A DNA stretch of 64,000 nt from Clostridia bacterium (lineage in GTDB: Bacteria > Bacillota > Clostridia > Oscillospirales > Acutalibacteraceae), in the NCBI GenBank assembly GCA_017410195.1, contig JAFQRF010000015.1:31553-95552 (forward strand). The letters are read 5' to 3'. This document shows positions 1-10,025 of the stretch, in pieces. How positions within the stretch are numbered: position 1 is the stretch's first letter; every line of letters begins with the position of its first letter. A program made the translations under genes and the position numbers. The notes under the pieces are model-generated. The model did no database searches. It was not told the origin of the DNA and worked only from the letters and a program-made list of their open reading frames with translations.

Positions 1-2073
1 ATGGCGGGTCAGGGCTTCAAGGATGCTTCGGAGCAGGCTCCGCTCTACCTGAGAACAACTCAGGATATGCTCAGTCAGTTTGAATATCTCGGCGAAGAAA
101 CTGCGTATGAAGTTGTTGTTAAAAACCCCAACCTTATAGCCGATATGTGTGAAGAAATAAAGCCTATTCCCGACGGAACATATCCTCCGAAAATCGAAGG
201 CTCGGATGAAGAACTCCGCCGAATCTGTTATGAAAGAATGGAGGATTATTACGGTTCTCCGCTCCCTGAATATATCAGAGAAAGACTCGATAAGGAGCTT
301 GAATCCATAATTAAAAACGGATTTGCCGTTCTTTATATCATCGCCCAGAAGCTTGTCTGGAACTCAATGGAAAACGGCTATTATGTCGGCTCCAGAGGTT
401 CGGTAGGTTCATCGTTCGTTGCCTTTGCTGCCGGTATTTCCGAGGTTAATCCGCTTGTACCGCACTACATCTGCGAAAGCTGTAAGCACAGCGAATTTTT
501 CTACAAGGGCGAATACGGTTCGGGCTATGATATGCCGCCGAAGGATTGCCCCGTCTGCGGAAAGCCTATGCACCGTGACGGTCACGATATTCCGTTTGAA
601 ACCTTCCTCGGTTTCTACGGTGACAAGCAGCCTGATATCGACCTTAACTTCTCTGGTGAATATCAGTTCTATGCCCACAGGTATACCGAAGAGCTTTTCG
701 GAAAATCCCATGTTTTCAAGGCGGGTACAATCGGCACTCTCGCCGATAAAACCGCATTCGGATTTGTTAAAAAATGGGCTGAGGAAAAGGGTGTGTTCCT
801 TTCAAGAGCAGAGGAAGAACGTCTTGTCCAGGGCTGTGTCGGTGTTAAAAGAACAACGGGTCAGCATCCGGGCGGTATGGTTGTTGTGCCTGCTGATATG
901 GATGCGGAGGATTTCACCCCCATTCAGCACCCTGCCGATGATGCTGACTCAATCCACAGAACAACCCACTTCGACTTCCATTCGCTTCACGATACCATTC
1001 TCAAGCTTGATAATCTCGGCCATGATGTGCCGACACTCTATAAGCATCTTGAGGATCTGACAGGTATCTGCGTTATGGATGTTGATATCTGCGACCCGAA
1101 GCTCTACGAGCTTCTGACCTCTCCAGAGCCTTTGGGTGTAACCGCAGAGGATATCGACTGCGAAACGGGAACGCTTTCTCTCCCTGAGCTTGGCACACCG
1201 TTTGTGCGTCAGATGCTTATGGAATCTCAACCGAAGAATTTCTCCGATATGCTTCAGATTTCGGGACTTTCGCATGGCACAGATGTTTGGATTGGCAACG
1301 CTCAGGAGCTTATCAAAAACGGTACCTGCACCATTTCGGAAGTTATCGGTACCCGTGACAACATCATGGTTTACCTTATCAACAAGGGTGTTGAAAAGGG
1401 CATGGCGTTCAAAATTATGGAAATTGTCCGTAAGGGCAAGGCAACGAAGCTTCTGACCGATGAACACAAGCAGGCGATGATAGATAACGGCGTTCCGCAG
1501 TGGTATCTTGATTCGTGTATGAAAATAAAATACATGTTCCCTAAGGCTCATGCTGCGGCATATGTAAGTGCGGCAATGCGTCTTGCGTGGTACAAGCTTT
1601 ATAAACCTGTTGAATATTATGCAACATTTATGACCGTTCGCGGCGAAGATATCGATACCGCATCCGTCCTTGCAGGCAGGGGAGCGGTCAAAAAGAAAAT
1701 GGATGAAATCAAGCAGAAAATGCAGATGAAAACCGCAACAGCCAAGGAAGAAGGTACATTCACATCTTTGCAGGTTATCAACGAAATGATGGCAAGAGGA
1801 GTTGAAATTCTTCCGATTGATATTTATAAATCTACCGCAAACCGCTATATTATTGAGGACGGAAAGATAAGGCTGCCGTTCTCGGCAATTGCAGGCTGCG
1901 GCGGCAGAGCAGCAGAAGGCCTTGAGGCGGCACGCAATGACGGCGGCGGAGATTTCCTTTCAATTGAGGACTTCCAGCTTCGTTCGGGTGCTTCAAAAAC
2001 AATTATTGCAGCTCTCGAAGAAGGCGGTGCATTTGCATCTCTGCCGAAATCAACCCAGCTCAGCTTCTTTTAG
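1..2073 (+). CDS. polC: DNA polymerase III PolC-type alpha subunit, C-terminal part (5' end lies outside the window)
   Basis: GSRGSVGSS, Zn-finger CESC...CPVC insert, [34 protein letters not shown] motifs. Confidence 0.97.
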   Translation: MAGQGFKDASEQAPLYLRTTQDMLSQFEYLGEETAYEVVVKNPNLIADMCEEIKPIPDGTYPPKIEGSDEELRRICYERMEDYYGSPLPEYIRERLDKELESIIKNGFAVLYIIAQKLVWNSMENGYYVGSRGSVGSSFVAFAAGISEVNPLVPHYICESCKHSEFFYKGEYGSGYDMPPKDCPVCGKPMHRDGHDIPFETFLGFYGDKQPDIDLNFSGEYQFYAHRYTEELFGKSHVFKAGTIGTLADKTAFGFVKKWAEEKGVFLSRAEEERLVQGCVGVKRTTGQHPGGMVVVPADMDAEDFTPIQHPADDADSIHRTTHFDFHSLHDTILKLDNLGHDVPTLYKHLEDLTGICVMDVDICDPKLYELLTSPEPLGVTAEDIDCETGTLSLPELGTPFVRQMLMESQPKNFSDMLQISGLSHGTDVWIGNAQELIKNGTCTISEVIGTRDNIMVYLINKGVEKGMAFKIMEIVRKGKATKLLTDEHKQAMIDNGVPQWYLDSCMKIKYMFPKAHAAAYVSAAMRLAWYKLYKPVEYYATFMTVRGEDIDTASVLAGRGAVKKKMDEIKQKMQMKTATAKEEGTFTSLQVINEMMARGVEILPIDIYKSTANRYIIEDGKIRLPFSAIAGCGGRAAEGLEAARNDGGGDFLSIEDFQLRSGASKTIIAALEEGGAFASLPKSTQLSFF

Positions 2074-2082
2074 GAGTTAAAT

Positions 2083-3396
2083 ATGGAAAAAAGAAAAATC
2101 CCCCTGCGCCAGAGAACTTGGTATAAACTTGATAATGCGGCCAAGGTATTCCCCGGGCAGGACAGCTCATCATGGTCGAATGTATACAGACTTTCGGCTA
2201 CCCTGACCGAAACCGTTGACTCCGGGTTGCTTGAGAAAGCGATTGAAATAACCTTGAAGCGTTTCCCCACCTTTGATGTGCGTATGCGTAACGGTTTTTT
2301 CTGGCACTATCTTGAAAAAAATCCTTACGGCGTTCCTCCGATTATGGAGGATATCGCAAATCCCTGTACACGCTTCAGGATGAAGGAAAACAGAGGATAT
2401 CTTTTTAAAGTTTATTACTACGAAAAGCGTATTTCGGTTGAATTTTATCATTCGCTGACCGACGGTTACGGTGCGTCACGTTTTTTTATGACTTTGGTTG
2501 CGGTTTATCTCAGGCTCACGGGCAAGGATATTCCGAGCGGAGAGAGCGTTTTTGATGTGAATGAAAAGCCCCGTCCGGGAGAATCCGAGGACTCGTATTC
2601 CAAGGTGTGCAACTCAAAGGCAAAGGCAAAAAGACTTCAGAAATTCACTTACCGATTCAAGGGCAAAAGACTGCCGAAGCACGTTGTTAACGTCACGACC
2701 GGCTATATGCCGGTCTCGGTTATAAAGGAAAAAGCTGCCGAGCACGGAGTGACCGTCACCGAATATCTTGCTGCGGTTTTGCTTTGGGTTATGTATAATT
2801 TGCAGAAGCAGGAGAAAAAAAACAAGGAAAAGCACGTCGGAATTCAGATTCCTGTCAATGCAAGAGGCTTTTTCGGAAGCGAAACCCTGCGCAATTTTAT
2901 GCTTTGTTATTCATTCCAGATTGACCCCAAAATGGGTGAATACACCTTCCCTGAAATCGTAAAACAGCTTTCGCTTTACCTTCGTTTTATCAATAACGAA
3001 AAAGAGCTGCAGGCAATGATGAACGGAAATATGGGTATCGAAAAAAATCCCCTAATGAAGATAATTCCGTCATTCGTCAAGGATTTCGGCGTGAGTATGG
3101 TCTATAAGGTTGCGGGCGAAAAAGCAACGAGCTGTCTTATTTCCAATGTAGGCATAATTAAAACACCCAAGGAAATGGAGCAGTATATCGAAAAACTTGT
3201 TCTTGTTATGGGTCCCGCAATGATTAACGGCGCAAGATGCGGTTCGCTTTCATACAAGGGTACTCTTGCGTTCACTATTTCAAATATTTATGAAAGCACA
3301 AAAATTCAGAAAGAATTTTTTACTACTCTTGTCAAATTCGGTATTCCCGTTAAAATAGAAAGCAATAAAAATGCAATTATGGGAGGTGACCGCTGA
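2083..3396 (+). CDS. Alcohol acetyltransferase-like CoA-dependent acyltransferase (condensation-domain superfamily)
   Basis: WYKLDNAAKVFP N-terminus, HxxxDG motif (YHSLTDGYG), PVNARGFFGSETLRNF, SNVG; RBS AGGAG upstream. Confidence 0.8.
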   Translation: MEKRKIPLRQRTWYKLDNAAKVFPGQDSSSWSNVYRLSATLTETVDSGLLEKAIEITLKRFPTFDVRMRNGFFWHYLEKNPYGVPPIMEDIANPCTRFRMKENRGYLFKVYYYEKRISVEFYHSLTDGYGASRFFMTLVAVYLRLTGKDIPSGESVFDVNEKPRPGESEDSYSKVCNSKAKAKRLQKFTYRFKGKRLPKHVVNVTTGYMPVSVIKEKAAEHGVTVTEYLAAVLLWVMYNLQKQEKKNKEKHVGIQIPVNARGFFGSETLRNFMLCYSFQIDPKMGEYTFPEIVKQLSLYLRFINNEKELQAMMNGNMGIEKNPLMKIIPSFVKDFGVSMVYKVAGEKATSCLISNVGIIKTPKEMEQYIEKLVLVMGPAMINGARCGSLSYKGTLAFTISNIYESTKIQKEFFTTLVKFGIPVKIESNKNAIMGGDR

Positions 3397-4097
3397 TGTC
3401 ATACTGTGTTAACTGCGGAGTTGAACTCGAAAAAGGCTGCCCGTCGTGCCCTCTTTGCGATACTCCCGTAATAAACCCGAGAGAAATGAAAACCGAAGCG
3501 GTAAAACCCGTTTACCCCGAAAATCTCAGCATTCCCAAATCACTTAGCAAAAAATACTGGGTTTTTGTTTTTTCTCTTGTTATGCTGATTCCGAATCTTG
3601 TTCTGATAATTCTCAATTCTCTCGTTTTTGACAGCGGAGTTGTGAAATATATCGTCGGCGGATTCGTTGTTGCGTGGATATGGTTTCTCTTTCCGCTTTT
3701 ATGGAAGAAGCCCATTCCCGTTATACTTCTTGCAATCGATGCGCTTGCGCTTCTGAGTTATCTTGATATGTTCAAGATATACGGCGATGATGCGGGAGGT
3801 TGGTTCAACTCAATCGTTCTGCCCGTTGTTATTTCGTTGTGGGCAATATGCAATCTGTTTATTTTCTGGCTCAGAAAACCGAGGAGCAAGTCTCTTATCT
3901 CCATTGCGGTTCTCGGTTCAATAAGTGTAATGTCGTTTGTTATCGAAATCTGTATGAATATGTTCTATAACGGCAAGCTTCAGATTGTTATTTCGCTTGC
4001 GGTAACGGCGTGCTGCGTTTCGCTTATGATATTCTTTGCCTTCCTTGAAAAAAGCAAGCGTCTTAAAGCTTGGGCAGAGAGAAAATTCTTTATGTAA
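3396..4097 (+). CDS. Zinc-ribbon plus multi-TM membrane protein (DUF6320-like)
   Basis: N-terminal CxxC...CPxC (YCVNCGVEL...CPLC) then about 6 hydrophobic helices; start overlaps the previous stop (TGATG). Confidence 0.7.
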   Translation: MSYCVNCGVELEKGCPSCPLCDTPVINPREMKTEAVKPVYPENLSIPKSLSKKYWVFVFSLVMLIPNLVLIILNSLVFDSGVVKYIVGGFVVAWIWFLFPLLWKKPIPVILLAIDALALLSYLDMFKIYGDDAGGWFNSIVLPVVISLWAICNLFIFWLRKPRSKSLISIAVLGSISVMSFVIEICMNMFYNGKLQIVISLAVTACCVSLMIFFAFLEKSKRLKAWAERKFFM

Positions 4098-4113
4098 TAT
4101 GATATATAAAAGG

Positions 4114-4142
4114 TTGAAATTTTTTGTCATATGATTTATACT
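4114..4142 (+). promoter_or_regulatory. SigA-type promoter for the M20 peptidase-glycerate kinase pair
   Basis: TTGAAA(4114-4119)-17 bp-TATACT(4137-4142). Confidence 0.55.
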
Positions 4143-4185
4143 AAAAAAGTAAGCGATTTGAATTCAAGAAAGGAAGATTGAAAGA

Positions 4186-5664
4186 ATGAAAAAATCTGTA
4201 ATTCCTTATGCTGTGCTTGGTGCAGCAGGTGTTGCAGCTGTTGCAACAGCGATCAAGGCCGCAAAATTTGTGCCTGAAAAGAGAGATGTAGGTCCTCTTA
4301 CCGAAGAAAACGTTGATGCAAAGAGATGTCAGGAACATCTTTCCAAGGCGATTTCAATTCCTACAATCAGCTATCCCGATAAAGAGAAGATCGATTTTAC
4401 TCAGTTTGATAAATTCCATGCTTTCCTTGAAGAAGCATTTCCTCTTATTCATAAGAATCTCAAAAAGGAGGTTATTCAGGAAGCAAGCCTTATTTATCAC
4501 TGGAAGGGAACAAGGGATGACCTTGAACCCATCGCTCTTCTTGCTCATCAGGACGTAGTTCCCATTTCCGAAGGCACAGAGCAGGATTGGACATATGCAC
4601 CCTTCAGCGGTCATAATGACGGCGAATTCATCTGGGGCAGAGGCGCTCTTGATATGAAAAACCATCTTATCGCTGTTATGGATGCAGTTGAAACTCTTCT
4701 TGAGGAAGGCTTCCAGCCCGAAAGAGACGTTTATCTTCTCTTTGGTCAGGACGAGGAAGTTGTTGCTTCGGAAGATGGCGGCGCAAAGAATATTATGCGT
4801 ACCCTCAAAGCAAGAGGCATTCATCTTGATTCCGTTCTTGATGAAGGCGGAGCAATTATCCCTGTAAATGTGAAAGGTATTCTTAACAATAAGGAACTTA
4901 TCGGCGTAGGTATCGCTGAAAAGGGTTATACCGATATAGAAATCACCGTCAATGCAAAGGGCGGACATTCTTCTCAGCCTCCCGTTCATTCGGGTCTCGG
5001 CGAGCTTGCAAATGTTATTAAGGACCTTGAGGATAATCAGTTTAAGGCAGAGCTTATGCCTTTTGTTAAGGATTTGTTCTCAAACATCGGCAGAAGCTGT
5101 ACTTATCCTGCAAGACTTCTCACCTGCAACCTTGATTATCTTCAGCCCGCTCTCAAGTTCGGTATGACGAAGATTCCTTTTACAGCTTGCCTTGTCAGAA
5201 CAACAACAGCTGTTACTATGGCTCAGGGCAGTCCTGCAGCTAACGTTCTTCCTCAGAAGTCAAGCATTACCGTCAACTTCAGACAGATGCCCGGTACAAC
5301 CGTTCAGGATGTTGTTGACCATATCCGTAAAGTTTGCAGAAACAAGGATATTGAAATCAAGGTTCTCAAGGCTAAGGAAGCTTCAAAGTTCTCACCCACA
5401 GATTCAAGAGCATTCAAGATTATTGAAGAGCTTTGCATGCAGGAAAATAAGGACAGTATCGTTGCTCCCTACCTTGTTATGGGCGGCACGGATGCTTGCT
5501 ACTATGAGCCTATCTGTGAAAACATCTACCGTTATGCACCTTATAAGGTAAGCGTTGCGCTTCTCAGATGTACTCACGGCACAAACGAAAGAATTCCCGT
5601 TGAGGCTGTTGCACCCGGTGTTGCATTCTTCAAGAGATATATCAGAAGAGCATCGGCTGAATAA
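4186..5664 (+). CDS. M20 family metallopeptidase (Gly-Xaa carboxypeptidase-like)
   Basis: HQDVVP, GRGALDMK, DEE, DEGG, GGHSS, GGTDA, C-terminal HGTNE metal-binding motifs. Confidence 0.88.
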   Translation: MKKSVIPYAVLGAAGVAAVATAIKAAKFVPEKRDVGPLTEENVDAKRCQEHLSKAISIPTISYPDKEKIDFTQFDKFHAFLEEAFPLIHKNLKKEVIQEASLIYHWKGTRDDLEPIALLAHQDVVPISEGTEQDWTYAPFSGHNDGEFIWGRGALDMKNHLIAVMDAVETLLEEGFQPERDVYLLFGQDEEVVASEDGGAKNIMRTLKARGIHLDSVLDEGGAIIPVNVKGILNNKELIGVGIAEKGYTDIEITVNAKGGHSSQPPVHSGLGELANVIKDLEDNQFKAELMPFVKDLFSNIGRSCTYPARLLTCNLDYLQPALKFGMTKIPFTACLVRTTTAVTMAQGSPAANVLPQKSSITVNFRQMPGTTVQDVVDHIRKVCRNKDIEIKVLKAKEASKFSPTDSRAFKIIEELCMQENKDSIVAPYLVMGGTDACYYEPICENIYRYAPYKVSVALLRCTHGTNERIPVEAVAPGVAFFKRYIRRASAE

Positions 5665-5665
5665 T

Positions 5666-6775
5666 ATGAATATTCTTATTGTGCCTGACAGCTTCAAAGG
5701 TACGCTGACCGCTCAGGAGGTCTGCGACATTATCGGGCAGGCATTTGCCGATACAATAAACAATATAAAAATAACAAAGCTTCCCGCTGCCGATGGCGGC
5801 GAGGGGCTTTGCGCTTGTTTGCATAAAATCTGCGGCGGAGAGATGAAAACGGCTGAGGTCTGCGGTGTTTTCGGTAAAAAAATGCTTGCAGATTATCTTA
5901 TGCTTGAAGATAAAACTGTTGTTATCGAAATGGCAGCGTGTGCGGGGCTTCCGCTTGCGGGAAAGAATAAAGACCCCGAAAAGGCAACAACTTTCGGGGT
6001 CGGCGAGCTTATTCTTGATGCAAAAGAAAACGGAGCCGAAAGGATTCTTCTCGGTCTCGGCGGCAGCGCAACAAACGATTGCGGCTTCGGTATGGCATCG
6101 GCACTCGGCTATATGTTTACCGATAAAAACGGTAAAGAATTAATTCCGATGGGCAAAACGATGATTGATGTTGAAAGAATAACCAAACCTGAAAAAGCAC
6201 TCGAACTCCCCGTTACTGCGGCATGCGATGTTGAAAATCCGCTTTACGGCAAAAACGGAGCTGCTTATGTTTTTGCACCGCAAAAGGGTGCGGACGAAGA
6301 AATGGTTGAACGGCTTGACTCGGGTTTGCGCCATGCTGCGGAAATAATAAAAAGAGATTTATCCGCAGATGTTTCGAAAACCAAAGGCGCAGGTGCGGCA
6401 GGCGGAATGGGCGCAGGTGCGGTTGCATTCCTTGGTGCAGAGCTTAAAAGAGGGATTGATATTCTTCTTGATACAGCCGATTTTGATTCAAAAGCCGCCG
6501 AAGCTGACCTCATAATAACGGGTGAGGGCAGACTTGATTCTCAGAGTGTAAACGGCAAGGTTATTTCGGGAATCGCAAAAAGAGCGGCTGCACTCGGCAA
6601 AAAGGTAATCGCAATCTGCGGAAGCAGGGGAGCAGGTGCCGATGAAATCAAGAAACTCGGTGTTTCCGAGCTGTATTTCTCATCTGAAACAGACAAATCT
6701 TTTGACGAAATAATCAAAACCTGCAGGGAAGATTTATATAGTGCCGCAGTCAGAGCGGCAGAGAAAGTAAAATAA
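5666..6775 (+). CDS. Glycerate kinase (type I)
   Basis: True start at ATG 5666 (MNILIVPDSFKG); ADGGEG, GLGGSATND, GAGAAGG, ITGEGRLD motifs. Confidence 0.92.
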   Translation: MNILIVPDSFKGTLTAQEVCDIIGQAFADTINNIKITKLPAADGGEGLCACLHKICGGEMKTAEVCGVFGKKMLADYLMLEDKTVVIEMAACAGLPLAGKNKDPEKATTFGVGELILDAKENGAERILLGLGGSATNDCGFGMASALGYMFTDKNGKELIPMGKTMIDVERITKPEKALELPVTAACDVENPLYGKNGAAYVFAPQKGADEEMVERLDSGLRHAAEIIKRDLSADVSKTKGAGAAGGMGAGAVAFLGAELKRGIDILLDTADFDSKAAEADLIITGEGRLDSQSVNGKVISGIAKRAAALGKKVIAICGSRGAGADEIKKLGVSELYFSSETDKSFDEIIKTCREDLYSAAVRAAEKVK

Positions 6776-6777
6776 GA

Positions 6778-6818
6778 AAAACGGCGAGGTAATTCAAAAA
6801 ATGAATTGCCCGCCGTTT
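6778..6818. terminator. Hairpin between convergent glycerate kinase and copA
   Basis: ACGGCG..GTAATTCA/TGAATTGC..CGCCGT stem with flanking A/T runs. Confidence 0.65.
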
Positions 6819-6844
6819 GACTGTTGTTAACTTTTTATTGTTCT

Positions 6845-9343
6845 TTATTTTATTTCAACAACCTTATAATCCTGTGCTTCGACCGCATTCTTGAGAACCT
6901 CGTCTGCAAGGGGAGCGTTGAGGGTAACAACTGCGCTGTCGTTTTCATGGCTGACCTCTGCCGATTCAACCTCGGGAATTGCTTCAAGAGTTTTCTTCAC
7001 TCTCGCTTCGCAGTGTCCGCACATCATTCCTTCGATTTTCATTGTCTTTGTCATGGCTTTTTTCTCCTTTGTTTTGGTTTTTATTTTTTTATCTTTTTTA
7101 TCGCTGTGAATTTTCAAAAGATTAAGTCTGAGTGCGTTTGAAACAACGCAGAAGCTTGAGAGGCTCATTGCTGCTGCACCGAACATCGGATTGAGTTTCC
7201 ACCCGAAAATCGGTATAAACAGACCTGCTGCAAGCGGAATGCCGATAGTGTTATACATAAATGCCCAGAAAAGATTCTGATGGATGTTGCGAAGCGTTGC
7301 ACGGCTGAGCCTTATTGCAGCAGGAACATCACTCAGGCGGCTTTTCATCAGCACAATATCTGCCGCATCAATTGCAATATCCGTTCCTGCGCCGATTGCA
7401 ATGCCGATATCCGCACGGGTGAGGGCGGGCGCATCGTTTATTCCATCGCCGACCATTGCAACCTTTCCCTGCTTCATAAGATTACGAATTACGCTCTCCT
7501 TGCCGTCGGGCAGCACTCCGGCTATAACTTCATCAACGCCTGCAAGTCTTCCGATTGTCTTCGCCGTTTTTTCGTTGTCACCCGTGAGCATAACAACCTT
7601 GATGCCCATGTTTTTAAGCTGTTTTATCGCCTCGGGGCTGTCATCCTTTATGGTATCGGCAACGGCGATTATGCCTGAAATGATTCCGTTTTTTGAGAAG
7701 AAAAGAGGAGTTTTGCCTTCCTCTGAAAGCTCTTCAGCTTTTTTCTTTATGCTGTTCGGAATATCCGTTGTCTTTTCAACAAACTTAAGATTACCTCCGA
7801 TAATTTCGGAATTTTTGTTTTTTGCTCGAAGTCCGTTACCTGGCAGTACCTCAAATTCTTCTGTTTCGTCGGGAGAAATGTTTTTCTTTTGCGCTGTTTC
7901 AACGATCGCCTTTGCAAGCGGATGCTCGCTCTTTTTTTCAAGCGAATACGCAATTTTAAGCAGATCGTTTTCCTCTGTACCGTATGGAATGATGTCTGTT
8001 ACAACGGGCGAGCCGTTCGTTATGGTTCCTGTTTTGTCAAGGGCAACAATGCTGACCTTGCCTGCGGTTTCAAGAGAAGATGCAGTTTTAAAATGAATTC
8101 CGTTTTTCGCGCCTATGCCGCTTCCTACCATTATTGCAACGGGTGTTGCAAGACCGAGCGCACACGGACAGCTTATAACGAGAACGGAAATTCCCCTTGC
8201 GAGTGCAAATCCGATGCTTTCGCCCGCAATGAGCCAGATTACGGTTGTTATAATCGCAATGCAGATTACAGTCGGAACAAAAATTCCTGACACCTTATCG
8301 GCGGCTTTGGCAATCGGCGCTTTTGTTGCGGCAGCATCGCTGACCATCTTAATTATCTGTGAAAGCGTTGTATCTTCGCCGACCCTGACCGCTTCGCATT
8401 TAAGATAGCCCGATCGGTTGATTGTTGCTGCTGAAACAGAATCACCCTTTACCTTGTCAACGGGAATGCTTTCTCCCGTCAGAGCAGATTCATCAACTGC
8501 GCTTTCGCCGTCGATAATAACACCGTCAACGGGGATGCTTTCTCCGGGTTTCACGACAAAAACGCTGCCCTTCGTTACATGAGAAATGGGTACTGCTATC
8601 TCCTTGCCGTCACGGATTACGGTTGCGGTTTTGGGTGCGAGCTTCATCAGCCCTTTGAGCGCATCGGTTGTTCTGCCCTTTGAGCGTGCCTCGAGCATCT
8701 TTCCGACGGTTATCAGGGTAAGTATCATTGCGGCAGATTCGAAATAGAATTCATGCATCCATACCATAGCTTCTGTGCTGTTTTTTGCGGCAGTCATTTC
8801 AAAAAGCGCATACACGCTCCAAATGAAGGATGCACCCGAACCGAGCGCAACAAGAGTATCCATGTTCGGTGCGCCGTGGAGAACACTTTTAAATCCGCTG
8901 ATAAAAAACTTCTGATTTATGACCATAATAAAAACTGTCAGCAGAAGCTGAACCAAGCCGTTCGCAACAAGGTTTGATTCAAAAAATTCGGGAAGAGGAA
9001 AATCCCACATCATATGACCCATTGAGAAATACATCAGTACGGCAAGAAATCCGACTGATGCAATCAGCCTTTTTTTTAGAGCGGGTGTTTCTTTATCTCT
9101 GAGAATTTCTTCGTTATTGCTTTCGGATTCCGTTTTATTGCCGTCGGATTTTGGCGACGCTCCGTAGCCTGCATTTTCAACGGCGGCAATGATTTCTGCA
9201 GATGATGCGGTTCCTTCGACGCCCATGGAATTCGTCAGCAGACTGACAGAACATGAGCTGACTCCGGGAACCTTTGCAACCGCCTTTTCGACCCTTGCGC
9301 TGCAGGCGGCGCAGCTCATTCCGGTTACGTTATACTGTTCCAT
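6845..9343 (-). CDS. copA: Copper-translocating P1B-type ATPase with N- and C-terminal metal-binding domains
   Basis: GMSCAAC, CPC in TM, DKTGT phosphorylation site, HP, TGDN, GDGIND, YN..MAAMSLSS, C-terminal GMMCGHC. Confidence 0.96.
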   Translation of the reverse strand: MEQYNVTGMSCAACSARVEKAVAKVPGVSSCSVSLLTNSMGVEGTASSAEIIAAVENAGYGASPKSDGNKTESESNNEEILRDKETPALKKRLIASVGFLAVLMYFSMGHMMWDFPLPEFFESNLVANGLVQLLLTVFIMVINQKFFISGFKSVLHGAPNMDTLVALGSGASFIWSVYALFEMTAAKNSTEAMVWMHEFYFESAAMILTLITVGKMLEARSKGRTTDALKGLMKLAPKTATVIRDGKEIAVPISHVTKGSVFVVKPGESIPVDGVIIDGESAVDESALTGESIPVDKVKGDSVSAATINRSGYLKCEAVRVGEDTTLSQIIKMVSDAAATKAPIAKAADKVSGIFVPTVICIAIITTVIWLIAGESIGFALARGISVLVISCPCALGLATPVAIMVGSGIGAKNGIHFKTASSLETAGKVSIVALDKTGTITNGSPVVTDIIPYGTEENDLLKIAYSLEKKSEHPLAKAIVETAQKKNISPDETEEFEVLPGNGLRAKNKNSEIIGGNLKFVEKTTDIPNSIKKKAEELSEEGKTPLFFSKNGIISGIIAVADTIKDDSPEAIKQLKNMGIKVVMLTGDNEKTAKTIGRLAGVDEVIAGVLPDGKESVIRNLMKQGKVAMVGDGINDAPALTRADIGIAIGAGTDIAIDAADIVLMKSRLSDVPAAIRLSRATLRNIHQNLFWAFMYNTIGIPLAAGLFIPIFGWKLNPMFGAAAMSLSSFCVVSNALRLNLLKIHSDKKDKKIKTKTKEKKAMTKTMKIEGMMCGHCEARVKKTLEAIPEVESAEVSHENDSAVVTLNAPLADEVLKNAVEAQDYKVVEIK

Positions 9344-9351
9344 TGTTTCAC

Positions 9352-9648
9352 CTACTTCATAAGCTTCTGAAGCGTTGCAACTAGCTCATCAACGGTTTCA
9401 TCCTTACCGTTTCTTATGTCTTCGGCAACGCAGGTTTTTATGTGGTTTGCAAGCAATTCTTTGTTGAACGCATTCATTGCGGCGCTAACAGCCGAGGATT
9501 GAACGAGGATATCGGTACAATATGCGCTTTTTTCTATCATTCCCTTAATCCCTCTTATTTGTCCCTCAATTCTGTTAAGCCTGTGAATAAGATTTTTATA
9601 TTCTTCTTCGGTACGCTGTTTTGTTTTTCTGCAACATTCGTTATCCAT
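9352..9648 (-). CDS. csoR: Copper-sensing repressor CsoR
   Basis: Likely start ATG 9648 (MDNECC); RLNRIEGQIRGI, YCTDIL, HIKTC give the Cys/His/Cys copper ligands; directly upstream of copA. Confidence 0.92.
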   Translation of the reverse strand: MDNECCRKTKQRTEEEYKNLIHRLNRIEGQIRGIKGMIEKSAYCTDILVQSSAVSAAMNAFNKELLANHIKTCVAEDIRNGKDETVDELVATLQKLMK

Positions 9649-9670
9649 ATTATCACCGTCTTTCAGTTTT

Positions 9671-9699
9671 ATTATATACCCATAGGGGGTATATGTCAA
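9671..9699 (-). promoter_or_regulatory. SigA promoter of csoR-copA with a CsoR operator in the spacer
   Basis: Minus-strand TTGACA(9699-9694)-17 bp-TATAAT(9676-9671); pseudo-palindrome ATATACCCATAGGGGGTATAT (9674-9694) matches the TAC-C/G-tract-GTA CsoR operator. Confidence 0.9.
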
Positions 9700-9713
9700 G
9701 GCAAAATATGTGT

Positions 9714-9810
9714 AAAAAAATAAGCAAAGAGTTCCGCAGATTTAACTCTGCAGAACTCTTTGCTTAGCTATATATCCGAACGAATACTGGAATGTAATTT
9801 AATGCATCCT
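9714..9810 (-). ncRNA. Candidate about 95-nt small RNA or attenuator leader
   Basis: Minus-strand ATGACA-17-TATAAT promoter with TG extension (9840-9812), then a 20-bp near-perfect stem (9721-9766) followed by a 7-nt U-tract; no ORF. Confidence 0.45.
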
Positions 9811-10025
9811 TATTATATCACAAACTTTTTTGTTTGTCATTAGTTTTTTTAAAGAAATTTTAAATTTTTTTATTGTTTTCATTATAATATGCATATTGCG
9901 GAGCAATTACAGACAAAACAGAAAATATTTTACGGCTTATTTATCCGCTGTTTAATCGGTGCAATACGGCACACATTATTACTGCTTCGCAAATGCGGAG
10001 CAAAAAATTGACACGGAGGTGAAGA

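Noticed and set aside
409-1551. Many ORF-track frames antisense to or overlapping core genes (for example 409-711, 949-1551, 7284-8096, 26018-26638, 61347-61988)
   Set aside because: Shadow ORFs of well-supported genes with no RBS or recognisable motifs
5555-5665. Upstream extension of the glycerate kinase ORF
   Set aside because: It overlaps the peptidase 3' end; family similarity begins at MNILIVPDSFKG (5666)
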